DNA from: Lachnospiraceae bacterium
GTDB taxonomy: Bacteria > Bacillota > Clostridia > Lachnospirales > Lachnospiraceae
Direction of reading: 5' to 3'
NCBI GenBank assembly: GCA_017552715.1
Contig: JAFZOW010000129.1
Span: 14,954 to 78,953, forward strand
DNA: 64,000 nucleotides
Position numbers and translations under genes: made by a program
The notes under the pieces: model-generated
Seen by the model: only the letters and a program-made list of their open reading frames with translations
What the model was told of the DNA's origin: nothing
Databases searched by the model: none
Shown here: piece after piece, positions 35,722 through 45,150 of the stretch
Layout of the letters: each line of letters opens with the position of its first letter
Position numbering within the stretch: position 1 is the stretch's first letter

Positions 35722-36432
35722 TTACATTTCCTTCTTCAGGCGATAAAACTCGCCCAGTGCTTTCCAGCCGATATGTACGATCTTGGTGATATCAACGGAA
35801 TTCTTCCCTCCCTGTCTGGCCCGGAAGGAAACGGGCAGAAAACGGAGCTTCTCATGATAGTGGGCAAAGTATACCGAAAACATCACGTTGGGTATATTGT
35901 AATCCATGGGCAGGCGCTCAAGATACTTTTTCACAAGAGAGGCCCGCATCAGGCGATAGGGTGCGTTGGCATCCGGCAGCTTCACTCCGAAGAACAGCCA
36001 CAGGAGAAAACAGAGCACCCGCTCCACGAACTTTCTCACGGGACCGTCCCCCCGCCGCGGCCTGTAGCCCAGAATGGCATCATAACGGCGACGCCGCTTC
36101 CAAAAGGCATCAAAGTCGGCCGGATCCGTCTGTCCGTCGGAATCGGTCTGGAAGATCAGATCCGCTCCGCTTTCGATGGCATGATGATAAAGCGCCATGA
36201 GCTTCGGTCCGTGCTGCTGCCCCGACTTTGTCAGGATCTCCAGCTGCGGATGCGTTTCGCAGAGCTTCTTAAGGATCTCCGAAGTCCTGTCCGTGGATCC
36301 GCTGTCAGCCACCACCAGCCGGGAATCCTCCGAGGCGCGGGAGAGCAGCGGATACCATGCCTCCACCACCGAGGCGATGTTCTTCTCCTCGTTATAGGCG
36401 GGCATTACGATATACAGACAGTCTTTTTTCAT
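35722..36432 (-). CDS. polyprenol-phosphate glycosyltransferase (GT2, GtrB/DPM1-like)
   Basis: MKKDCLYIVMPAYNEEKNIASVVEAW...VVADSGSTDRT...FQTDSDGQ. 236 aa. Confidence 0.8.
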   Translation of the reverse strand: MKKDCLYIVMPAYNEEKNIASVVEAWYPLLSRASEDSRLVVADSGSTDRTSEILKKLCETHPQLEILTKSGQQHGPKLMALYHHAIESGADLIFQTDSDGQTDPADFDAFWKRRRRYDAILGYRPRRGDGPVRKFVERVLCFLLWLFFGVKLPDANAPYRLMRASLVKKYLERLPMDYNIPNVMFSVYFAHYHEKLRFLPVSFRARQGGKNSVDITKIVHIGWKALGEFYRLKKEM

Positions 36433-36433
36433 G

Positions 36434-38155
36434 TCAGATCTGCGCTTTTACCGCATCGGTCAGGGCATCCAGACGTTTCTGTGCATCCTCCAGGCTGTTG
36501 CCCTTGATGCCCATGTAGAACTTGATCTTGGGCTCCGTACCGGAGGGTCTTGCGCAGCACCAGGAATCGTTTTCCAGTTCGAAATAGAGCACATTGCTCT
36601 CCGGCAGATCGGTCTTTCCTTCCGCTCCGCTCTCCATATCGATGGTCTTATGCAGCTTGTAATCCTTGAAGGTCTTCACCTTCAGCTCGCCAAAGCTTTT
36701 GGGAGGATCCTGACGCAGCTTGTCCATCATGGCCGCGATCTCTTCCAGGCCTTCCTTGCCCTTGCGGGTGATGGCATACTGGGTCTCCTTGTAGTATCCG
36801 TATTTCTCATAGATCTCGATCATCATATCCCAAAGAGTGATGCCCAGCTTCTTGCAGTAGGAAGCCACTTCGCAGAGCATCATCACGGCCACCACGGCAT
36901 CCTTGTCCCTGGCATGGGTCCCGGCCAGGCAGCCGTAGCTTTCCTCCAGACCGAAGACATAATTGTTGCTGCCGGTCTGCTCAAAAAGCTTGATCTGCTC
37001 GCCGATGTATTTGAAGCCCGTAAGCACGTCGATCTCTTTTACGCCGTAGGCTTTGGTGATGGCATGAGCCAGATTGGTGGTCACGATGGTGGTGACCAGG
37101 GCGGGATTCTTCGGCATGGTACCGGTTGCGGTGCGCTCCCGCAGGATGTACTCCGCGATCAGCATGCCGCTCATATTGCCGGTGAAGGGAATGTATTCCC
37201 CGCTCTTTGTATCCAGGGCATAGATCCCCAGGCGGTCCGCATCGGGATCCGTAGCCATCACGATATCCGCCTTCTTTTCCTTCGCCAGCTTCAGGGCCAG
37301 GGTAAAGGCCTTGGGATCCTCGGGATTGGGATAATCCAGGGTGGTGAAATCGGGATCCGGCTCTTCCTGCTCCGGAACCACATATACATTCTTAAAGCCC
37401 AGCTCCTGAAGGATGCGCCGTACGGGCACATTCCCGGTGCCGTGGAAAGGCGTGTAAACGATCTTGATATCGCCTGCCACCGCCGAGATCACCTCGGGAT
37501 GGATGATCTGCTTCTTCAGCTCTTCCATGTATTTGTCATCGATCTCTTTTCCGATGACCTGATAAAGGCCCTTGCTCTCGGCCTCGGCCTTATCCATGGT
37601 CTTCACATCATGGAAATCCGTGATGGACTTCACTTCCCCGATGATCCCCGTATCGTGAGGAGGAGTCACCTGGGCGCCGTCCTCCCAGTATACTTTATAT
37701 CCGTTATATTCCGGAGGGTTATGGCTGGCCGTCACCACGATACCCGCAGTGCAGCCCAGGGTACGAAGAGCAAAGGAAAGCTCGGGCGTAGGACGCAGGC
37801 TGTCAAACACATAGGCCTTGATGCCGTTGGCAGCCAGGCACAGCGCCGCTTCATCCGCAAATTCAGGACTCATGCGGCGGGAATCATAGGCGATGGCCAC
37901 ACCCTTGGCACCGCTTCCCGCTTTATTGATATAGTTGGCCAGGCCCTGGGATGCCTTCCGCACCGTATAGATGTTCATACGGTTCGTTCCCGCACCGATC
38001 ACTCCGCGAAGGCCGCCGGTACCGAATTCCAGATCCATATAGAAACGGTCTTCGATCTCTTTTTCGTTGCCCTCGATGCTTTTCAGCTCTTCCCGGGTCT
38101 TCTCGTCAAAATAGTCATCCTTCAGCCACTGCTCATACGCTTCACGATAATCCAT
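36434..38155 (-). CDS. alpha-D-phosphohexomutase (phosphoglucomutase/phosphomannomutase)
   Basis: FGTGGLRG, phosphoserine loop TASHNPPEYNGYKVY, metal loop MATDPDADRLG. The start is at MDYREAY with GGAGAAGGAG upstream. The ORF track extends to 38203. Confidence 0.9.
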   Translation of the reverse strand: MDYREAYEQWLKDDYFDEKTREELKSIEGNEKEIEDRFYMDLEFGTGGLRGVIGAGTNRMNIYTVRKASQGLANYINKAGSGAKGVAIAYDSRRMSPEFADEAALCLAANGIKAYVFDSLRPTPELSFALRTLGCTAGIVVTASHNPPEYNGYKVYWEDGAQVTPPHDTGIIGEVKSITDFHDVKTMDKAEAESKGLYQVIGKEIDDKYMEELKKQIIHPEVISAVAGDIKIVYTPFHGTGNVPVRRILQELGFKNVYVVPEQEEPDPDFTTLDYPNPEDPKAFTLALKLAKEKKADIVMATDPDADRLGIYALDTKSGEYIPFTGNMSGMLIAEYILRERTATGTMPKNPALVTTIVTTNLAHAITKAYGVKEIDVLTGFKYIGEQIKLFEQTGSNNYVFGLEESYGCLAGTHARDKDAVVAVMMLCEVASYCKKLGITLWDMMIEIYEKYGYYKETQYAITRKGKEGLEEIAAMMDKLRQDPPKSFGELKVKTFKDYKLHKTIDMESGAEGKTDLPESNVLYFELENDSWCCARPSGTEPKIKFYMGIKGNSLEDAQKRLDALTDAVKAQI

Positions 38156-38235
38156 GCTCTTTCTCCTTCTCCTGTGATAATGTAAACCCCACATCCGGCT
38201 CAAAAAAGCCGATAAATATTATATCAGAAAATCCC

Positions 38236-39957
38236 TTAATCCACAAGACCGAAGCCCAGCAGGGTAAAGCGCCGCTCCCTGTCTTTCTCCGGGATGCGCA
38301 CCTCCACACTGTGCTCTGCCGCATCTTCGCTGCGATGGGCGATGAGGGCATTGGCATGCTGCCAGCCGATGAGATGGGGATCGATGGTCAGGGTCTTCTC
38401 CCCGTCCACAAAGACCTCCGCGGTACCCACTCCGGGATCGGCGGAATCCATGTAGACAACCAGCAGGGTACGGCATTTCACCTTAAGGCGGAAGACCGGC
38501 TCGTCGCCGCTGCCGTCATAAAGCCAGTTCTCTGGGAATTCCGGCGTTCCCCCCAGATCCATATTCCGTTCCACATACTGCATTTCCTTGCTGTGACCCG
38601 TGAAAGCACCTTCCGAATAGGAAAGCACGGCAGGAGCAGCTGCGATATTGGCACGGTCCACCAGGTATACTTTTTCAAAGGCCTTGCCCTTGGGCGGCTG
38701 TATATCCGTGATATCCAGATCCTCCTCATCTTCCGCCGCATCCGCCGTCTCGAAAAGACGGATCAGGGAATCCGCCATGATACGGTGACCGGTGCTGGTG
38801 GGATGGTACATATCATAGAAAAAGCGGTTCTTGGAGACCACACCCCCCTCTCCGGGGCTTAAGTAAAACTGATCGTATACCGCCTTTTTGATGCTCACCA
38901 TGGGAAGTTTATAAGCTTCACCCACGCAGGACAGTCTCTCTTCCAGGTTGTAGCCGTCCACAAAGACGGAGAAGAGCAGGATGACCGCCGGCTTCTGCGG
39001 GCTGTTGTAGATCTTCCGGGCCAGGGAATCGTAGCATTCGCCCTTGGTCTCGTCCCCCTCGTCATTTACCGCGAATTCCACAACCACCACATCCGGCTCG
39101 TATTTCCCGAAATCCGTCACATCCCTCTCATAACGCAGCATTCCCAGCTCGGAGGGAGTTCCTCCCACGCCGGCCTTGATATAGCGCACATTTGTATCGA
39201 CTTCGCGCCCTGTCAGCCTGCAGAAGCCTTCATAGGCCTTACGGGCATAGCATTCCGTGTTGATGGGAATGGCTCCGGCGCCCTGGGTGATGGAACCGCC
39301 GATAAAGGCGAAGTTTACTTCTTCCCCGTCACGCGCCTTTTTCATGGCCTTCTTCAAACGATGGATATTTCCCTTCTGTACAAGAGAGCGGCCGATCATC
39401 TCCCGGTAATCCTTTCCCTCGTAATCCACCTCGTTGTCTTCCGTCTGTTCCGGTGCGGTATAGCCGTCATTCAGATAAAAACAAACCGTGACCCTGGCAC
39501 TCATGCCGGCTTCCGGGAATTCAAAACGGATCTGTCCCGGTACATTATCGTCATCTGACCAGTCGATACCGTCCAGGCCCATGACCATCTCCATACCATC
39601 GGAATCGATATCCATGCCCAGGGTCGTACCGGAATTATAAGGATCCTTATGACCGTACATCTGGAACGCAAAATGAACCTTTACGGGTTCCCCGGCCTTC
39701 TGCACCGAAACGCCGATGCTGTGCAGCTGCTTCCGCAGCCCTTCCACCGTATCCAGCTCGGCGAGCATCTTCTCGTCTTCCAGATTGCCCACCAGCTTGG
39801 CAGAAGCTTTCAGCCTTCCGTCACTTTCAAAGATATACTGTATGCCGCCGCCCCCGGGCTGGGGTGATGCGCACACATCCTTATCCCGCATGATATAATA
39901 AAAGGGTCTCTTCGCGGTGGGATCCTTGGGAGCCACAGGTCCTCTCGTTTCACTCAT
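38236..39957 (-). CDS. SGNH/GDSL-family hydrolase (esterase) flanked by N- and C-terminal domains of unknown function
   Basis: Block I FAFIGGSITQGAGA, block III VVVEFAVNDEGD, block V MYHPTSTGHRIMA. 573 aa, no signal peptide. Confidence 0.7.
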   Translation of the reverse strand: MSETRGPVAPKDPTAKRPFYYIMRDKDVCASPQPGGGGIQYIFESDGRLKASAKLVGNLEDEKMLAELDTVEGLRKQLHSIGVSVQKAGEPVKVHFAFQMYGHKDPYNSGTTLGMDIDSDGMEMVMGLDGIDWSDDDNVPGQIRFEFPEAGMSARVTVCFYLNDGYTAPEQTEDNEVDYEGKDYREMIGRSLVQKGNIHRLKKAMKKARDGEEVNFAFIGGSITQGAGAIPINTECYARKAYEGFCRLTGREVDTNVRYIKAGVGGTPSELGMLRYERDVTDFGKYEPDVVVVEFAVNDEGDETKGECYDSLARKIYNSPQKPAVILLFSVFVDGYNLEERLSCVGEAYKLPMVSIKKAVYDQFYLSPGEGGVVSKNRFFYDMYHPTSTGHRIMADSLIRLFETADAAEDEEDLDITDIQPPKGKAFEKVYLVDRANIAAAPAVLSYSEGAFTGHSKEMQYVERNMDLGGTPEFPENWLYDGSGDEPVFRLKVKCRTLLVVYMDSADPGVGTAEVFVDGEKTLTIDPHLIGWQHANALIAHRSEDAAEHSVEVRIPEKDRERRFTLLGFGLVD

Positions 39958-40193
39958 GGTCGTTTTTCCTCCTTCGATCTCAAAATAGGGCCCCTCTGTA
40001 CCTGCGGGAACTTCCCCGGAAATACGGGCCGACTGTTCCCTGTAATTCTACTATGTATAGCTAAAGAAAACAAGCGGAAAGGAATAAGGGATGCCTGTCG
40101 GATTTCCGCTTTTTTGTCGATCCCGATACTTTTTCATTTGAACATTGTCGCTTTGGGCATCGATTTTCGACTTTTCAACCGGCCATAGCAAGG

Positions 40194-40226
40194 CAAAAAA
40201 AGAGGGCGGTTCGCAAACCGCCCTCC
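40194..40226 (-). terminator. rho-independent terminator of the sugar ABC operon
   Basis: The minus strand reads GGAGGGCGGTT-tgcg-AACCGCCCTC followed by TTTTTTTG, 20 nt after the permease stop. Confidence 0.9.
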
Positions 40227-40246
40227 GACTGACTTATGGCGGTGTT

Positions 40247-41281
40247 TTATTCCGCCTTCTTTTTCTTTGATCTGCGGCTCAGAACAACGCTCTGCAGCAG
40301 GATGAAGAAGCAGAGCATTCCGCCGGTGGTGATGCTCTGCCACCAGGGATCGTTTAAGCCGCTGGAAACCACGATCTTTTTGATGGTGGTAAGTGTCATG
40401 GTACCGAAGAAGGTTCCGAACACATTGCCCACGCCGCCGGTAAGCAGGGTTCCGCCTATGATGGAGGAGGCAATGGCATTCATTTCCATGCCGGCTGCAT
40501 TGGTAGCGTTTCCCGCTCCGGTATGCATCATGAACACATAACCGGAGATACCGCTGAGCAGGCCGGAGAGTACATAGCTCAGGAAGCGGGTCCGCTTCAC
40601 ATTGATGCCCAGCATCAGCGCGCTCTGCTGGTTACCGCCGATGGCGTAAAAGCCGCGGCCGAGGCGCAGGAAACGGAGAAGAAGGAAGACCAGTACAACA
40701 CAGACCAGAGCCACGATAACGCCCAGCTCCACACGTGCAGGTACAAAGTTTCCGTTCTTTGCCGTATAGCCCAGGAAAGGGATCTCGATCTTCATCTCGC
40801 GAAGAGCTTTAAAGCCTTCGTGCTCCGCTTTCTGGGGATTAACGGAAAGGATGGTGGTCATTCCTCTTGCAAAGAACATGCCCGCCAGGGTCACGATGAA
40901 GGGCTGTATCTCCAGATAGCTGATCAGGAAGCCCTGCACAAGACCGAAGGCCAGTCCTATACCCAGTGCCAGCAGGATGGAAGTAAAGATGTTTCCGCCG
41001 CCGTTGAGGAAGAGTACGCAGCTCATGACCACCAGGGAAGTCACGGCACCGACGCTGATATCGATACCGCCGCCGATCATTACGATGGTCAGGCCGCAGG
41101 ATACGATGATCAGGCTGGCATTATCGTTGAGCATGTCGAAGATCTGCTGTGCATGGAGGAAGCCTCCTCCCAGCAGGGCCATGGCCAGGAAATACATGGC
41201 CAGGAAGATGATGATGGTTATCATCATCAGGAGCTGTGTATCGGTAAGCGGCTCTCTGCGAAGGTTTTTATCCGTTTTCAT
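40247..41281 (-). CDS. sugar ABC transporter permease (ribose/galactofuranose type, YjfF-like)
   Basis: 344 aa, about 9-10 TM helices, AraH/RbsC-family composition. Confidence 0.85.
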   Translation of the reverse strand: MKTDKNLRREPLTDTQLLMMITIIIFLAMYFLAMALLGGGFLHAQQIFDMLNDNASLIIVSCGLTIVMIGGGIDISVGAVTSLVVMSCVLFLNGGGNIFTSILLALGIGLAFGLVQGFLISYLEIQPFIVTLAGMFFARGMTTILSVNPQKAEHEGFKALREMKIEIPFLGYTAKNGNFVPARVELGVIVALVCVVLVFLLLRFLRLGRGFYAIGGNQQSALMLGINVKRTRFLSYVLSGLLSGISGYVFMMHTGAGNATNAAGMEMNAIASSIIGGTLLTGGVGNVFGTFFGTMTLTTIKKIVVSSGLNDPWWQSITTGGMLCFFILLQSVVLSRRSKKKKAE

Positions 41282-41283
41282 CC

Positions 41284-42375
41284 TTATTCCGCTCCTTTCA
41301 TCGATACTCTCTGCTTATTGCTCTTAAGCTGCGACATCAGTTTCGCAAATTTCGCCTTGATCACGGGAGATCCGATCACAACGAGCAGAACGATAACGAT
41401 CGCCTTGTAGGCTTTCACGTCCGTAGAGGATACCTTCATCGCATAAAGGGTGATGGTCAGGATCTGGATCACGTATGCACCGATGATACTTCCGACGATC
41501 TTGAACTTACCGCCGCCCAGGTTGTTGCCGCCGATGGCCACCGCCAGGATCGCGTCCATTTCCACGTCCAGCAGAAGGGTTTCGTGGTTGATCAGTTCCA
41601 GACGGCTTACACCGATGATGCCTGCCACTGCCACACAGAAGCCCAGTATGATAAAGCTCAGGAGCTTGATCAGTGTAGAATTGATACCGTTTAAGCGGGC
41701 CGCACTTCCGTTGATACCCACGGACTGGGTGAACAGTTCCAGGGAAGTAAAGTGGAAGATCAGCATGAAGAGTATGGTGACTGCCACAACGATCAGCACC
41801 GGTGTGGGAATGGGAACACCCGGGATAAAGCTTCCTATGGCCCGGATGATGGGGCTGTCCACGGTGGGAGTTGCGCCGCCGTTGATCCAGTAGGCTATGG
41901 AACGACCGCAGGTATATAGGATCAGGGTGGCGATCATGGGCTGTATACGGAATACAGCCACCAGAGTACCGTTAAAGGATGCAAAGAGCATGGCTACGAT
42001 ACAGGCACACAGGAAAGCCAGGATCACGGTACCACCGGTGATGGCAGAACCGGACTTAAGTACCTTTACGAATGCGCTGCCGGCGATGGCTGCCGCAGCA
42101 CCCACGCTGATATCCTGTCCGCCGCAGGCTGCCGTCACCAGGGTCATGCCCATGGCCAGGACCGCCAGCTCGCTGGCTCCGTTGATGACGCTGATCAGGT
42201 TACCGGCCAGCACAGCGTTTCCGTCATTATTATAGGTGATCTCGATGCTGAAGAAACCAGGATCACGGATCAGGTTGAAGAGGAAAAGGATGGCAATGGC
42301 GATCAGGGGAATGGTAAGCTGCCCAAGGCCGCCCTTGAATGTGCTTCGGATCTTATTATTCATTTCCGGCTTCAC
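41284..42375 (-). CDS. sugar ABC transporter permease (YtfT-like)
   Basis: 363 aa multi-TM protein, paralogous to the following permease. Confidence 0.85.
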   Translation of the reverse strand: MKPEMNNKIRSTFKGGLGQLTIPLIAIAILFLFNLIRDPGFFSIEITYNNDGNAVLAGNLISVINGASELAVLAMGMTLVTAACGGQDISVGAAAAIAGSAFVKVLKSGSAITGGTVILAFLCACIVAMLFASFNGTLVAVFRIQPMIATLILYTCGRSIAYWINGGATPTVDSPIIRAIGSFIPGVPIPTPVLIVVAVTILFMLIFHFTSLELFTQSVGINGSAARLNGINSTLIKLLSFIILGFCVAVAGIIGVSRLELINHETLLLDVEMDAILAVAIGGNNLGGGKFKIVGSIIGAYVIQILTITLYAMKVSSTDVKAYKAIVIVLLVVIGSPVIKAKFAKLMSQLKSNKQRVSMKGAE

Positions 42376-43864
42376 CTCCTGCGATAGTCTCCATCACTTT
42401 CTTCTGATTCAGATCTTTGCCTTTCAGCTCTCCGACGATATGGCGGTCGCGCATTACGATCAGACGGCTGCAGGTACGGAGCATCTCTTCCACTTCGGAG
42501 GAGATAAAGGTCACACTGACTCCCTCTTCCGCCAGCTTGAGCACCAGCTTCTGGATCTCCAGTTTGGTTCCCACATCGATACCGCGGGTAGGCTCATCCA
42601 GGATCAGGTAATCGGGATGGGTGAGCAGCCAGCGGGCCAGGATCACCTTCTGCTGGTTGCCGCCGCTTAAGGAACCGATGGGAGTTTCCCGGCTGGCGGT
42701 CTTGATATTGAGTGCTTTGATATACTCATCCGCAAAAGCTTCGGACTCGCCCCGGCTGATGGGCTTGAAAAAGCCGTTCATGACCTGCAGGGCAAGTATG
42801 ATGTTTTCCCGAACACTGAGCTCGGCAATGATGCCGTCCCGCTTTCTGTCTTCCGCCAGATAACCGATGCCGTGCTTCATGGCTTCGATGGGACGGGTGA
42901 TCTTTACGGGCCGGCCTTTGATCTTTACGTTACCGCCGCCGATCTTATCGGCACCGAAAATGGCCCGGACGCTCTCGCTTCGTCCCGAACCCAAAAGGCC
43001 GGTAAAGCCGTTGACCTCACCTTTATGTATGTTAAAGCTGAAGGGCAGCGCATCGCTGCTGGAAAGGGACTCCGCTTCGTAAAAGACCTCTCCGTTCTCC
43101 ATCTTCTTTTCTTCGCTTTCTCCAAGGGAATTCAGCTCGTCCAGCTCTTTCCCCATCATCTTTGCTACCAGCTCCACCTGGGGGAGTTCTTCCGTAAGGT
43201 ATTCGCCCACCAGCTCGCCGTTCCGAAGGACCGTGATCCGGTCGCTTACTTCGTAGACCTGCTCCAGGAAGTGGGTCACGAAGATGATGCCCACGCCCCG
43301 GCTCTTCAGATTACGCATCAGCTCGAATAAGAGATTCACTTCTTTATCGTCCAGGGAAGAAGTGGGCTCATCCAGGATCAGAACCTTACAGTTCATATCC
43401 ACCGCACGGGCGATAGCCACCATCTGCTGAACGGCCAGAGAGCAGCTTCCGAGCTGCTGCCGGCTTCTTGCGGGTATCCCCAGTCTGCCGAGGATCTCAT
43501 CCGCCTTTTTTTCATAATCCTTCTGTTTTACCAGTACCCCGTTCCCGCGGCCGATGAACATGTTCTCGGCAACGGTCAGATTCGGGCAGAGGGTGATCTC
43601 CTGATAAACCGTACTGATACCTTTGTTCTGTGCATCCTGCGGGGAACGGATGGCCACCTTTTCCCCATCCACCGTGATCTCACCGTCGTCCATCTGATAT
43701 ACACCGGTAAGGACTTTGATCAAAGTGGATTTTCCTGCGCCGTTCTCTCCCATGAGTGCATGGATCTCACCTTTTCTTAAGGTAAAGTCCACACCGCTCA
43801 AAGCCAGAACGCCGGGAAATCTTTTTTCGATATCACGCATCTGCAGTATCACTTTATCCTGCAT
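42356..43864 (-). CDS. sugar ABC transporter ATP-binding protein with duplicated ATPase domains
   Basis: Walker A GENGAGKST, Walker B LILDEPTSSL, second signature LSGGNQQKV, LILDEPTRGID. 502 aa. Confidence 0.92.
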   Translation of the reverse strand: MQDKVILQMRDIEKRFPGVLALSGVDFTLRKGEIHALMGENGAGKSTLIKVLTGVYQMDDGEITVDGEKVAIRSPQDAQNKGISTVYQEITLCPNLTVAENMFIGRGNGVLVKQKDYEKKADEILGRLGIPARSRQQLGSCSLAVQQMVAIARAVDMNCKVLILDEPTSSLDDKEVNLLFELMRNLKSRGVGIIFVTHFLEQVYEVSDRITVLRNGELVGEYLTEELPQVELVAKMMGKELDELNSLGESEEKKMENGEVFYEAESLSSSDALPFSFNIHKGEVNGFTGLLGSGRSESVRAIFGADKIGGGNVKIKGRPVKITRPIEAMKHGIGYLAEDRKRDGIIAELSVRENIILALQVMNGFFKPISRGESEAFADEYIKALNIKTASRETPIGSLSGGNQQKVILARWLLTHPDYLILDEPTRGIDVGTKLEIQKLVLKLAEEGVSVTFISSEVEEMLRTCSRLIVMRDRHIVGELKGKDLNQKKVMETIAGGEAGNE

Positions 43865-43908
43865 CTCATTCCCCTCCTGTTCAGGAACCTTTCGCCTTTC
43901 CTTAAAAA

Positions 43909-43950
43909 GGCGCAGCTGAAACTGCCTTTTACGTACAGCTCAGCTGCGCC
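43909..43950 (-). terminator. intra-operon hairpin/attenuator between the SBP and ATPase genes
   Basis: GGCGCAGCTGA...TCAGCTGCGCC forms an 11-bp stem with a 20-nt loop. It is followed on the minus strand by TTTTTAAGG. Confidence 0.6.
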
Positions 43951-43969
43951 GATCGTTCAATGTCTGTTC

Positions 43970-45001
43970 TTATTCGCCTAATCCGTAGGTGTCGATATCA
44001 GCCTGAGTAAGTTCTTTTGCATCAAAGCCCTTCTCTTCGTTGATGATCTTCTTGGAAGAAGCGGTGGTCTTGCCCTGGATCAGATCGCTGATGATCTGCG
44101 CCTGGAAAGGACTGCACTGTCCGTCGTAGTTCCACTTGCCTGCAAGGAGTTCTCTGAGTGCCCACTTGTTGCAGTCAAAGCCCATAACGATAACCTTGCC
44201 GTCCACACCGTGGGTGATACCGTGCTCGTCCAGAGCTGCAACTGCGCCCTTGGCCATACCGTCATTCTCAGCATAGATCACGTTGAAATCTTCGCCGCTG
44301 TTGATAACGGATTCCACGATCTTCTTGGCTTCTGCTTCGTCCCAGGTAGCGGTCTGCTGTACAACCTTGGTCATCTTGCCGGATGCGAACTGCTCGTCAA
44401 GAGCTCCGGTACGTCCGATCTGAGCGTCGGAACCCATAGCACCCTGGATATGGATAACCTTGTACTCGGGCAGGTTCTGAGCCAGCAGCCAGTCAACTGC
44501 GGTCTTGCCTTCTGCGCTCATGTCGGAAACAACGGCTGCCTCGTAAAGGCTCTCATCCACATCGATCATACGGTCGAAGAGGTATACCTTGATGCCGGCT
44601 TCCTTTGCGCTCTTGAGAACTTCGTCCCAGCCGGTGGTCTCGGCTGCGGAGATCAGGAGGTAATCCACACCTTCGGTGATGAAGCCCTGAGCTGCCTGCA
44701 GCTGCTCGTCGTTCTTAAGGCTGTAAGCGGTCTTCAGATCGTAGCCGTTCTCCTTGGAGAATACGGATTCCATGTCCTTCACGTTAGCTTCACGATAACC
44801 GGACTCTGAAGGGGGGTTGTTTACCACACCGACTTTGATGGTGCCGCCTGCGCTTCCGGTATCGGTGGTAGTAGTCGTCGTAGTCGTTCCGCTGTCACCG
44901 CTGCCTGTTGTCCCGGCAGCTCCGGTATCCCCGCCGCATCCGCCGAATGCAAAGCTCATTGCAAGAACACCAGTCAATAACAATGCTTTTAACCTTTTCA
45001 T
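43970..45001 (-). CDS. sugar ABC transporter substrate-binding lipoprotein (periplasmic-binding-protein type I, YtfQ-like)
   Basis: MKRLKALLLTGVLAMSFAFGGCGG lipobox, a T/G-rich linker, then a PBP-I fold. The start has GAAGGAGAG upstream. The ORF track extends to 45052. Confidence 0.88.
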   Translation of the reverse strand: MKRLKALLLTGVLAMSFAFGGCGGDTGAAGTTGSGDSGTTTTTTTTDTGSAGGTIKVGVVNNPPSESGYREANVKDMESVFSKENGYDLKTAYSLKNDEQLQAAQGFITEGVDYLLISAAETTGWDEVLKSAKEAGIKVYLFDRMIDVDESLYEAAVVSDMSAEGKTAVDWLLAQNLPEYKVIHIQGAMGSDAQIGRTGALDEQFASGKMTKVVQQTATWDEAEAKKIVESVINSGEDFNVIYAENDGMAKGAVAALDEHGITHGVDGKVIVMGFDCNKWALRELLAGKWNYDGQCSPFQAQIISDLIQGKTTASSKKIINEEKGFDAKELTQADIDTYGLGE

Positions 45002-45096
45002 GATTTTCTCTCCTTCTTTCATTTTTGCAGACTTATCGTCTGCATACATCATAACGCAGGAGGAGAAAGGCGTAAATCAAGCATCATCCCGACTTG

Positions 45097-45150
45097 GTAG
45101 AAAATCATCTCGGATTTGAGGGCGAAAAAAGAAAAAGGTTGAAAATCATC
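45097..45150 (-). promoter_or_regulatory. direct repeat GATGATTTTC(A/T)ACC x2 upstream of the ABC operon (candidate response-regulator boxes)
   Basis: The 14-nt repeats lie at 45097-45110 and 45137-45150, with starts 40 nt apart. The distal copy abuts the regulator gene stop codon. Confidence 0.4.

Noticed and set aside
40134-40343. 69-aa minus-strand ORF across the ABC-operon terminator, and a + strand hairpin with a T-run (AGCGGAAA...TTTCCGCTTTTTTG, near 40072-40117) with no upstream + gene.
   Set aside because: The ORF reads through the terminator stem and overlaps the permease 3' end in another frame. The hairpin lacks any supporting gene or promoter, so I did not call a feature.
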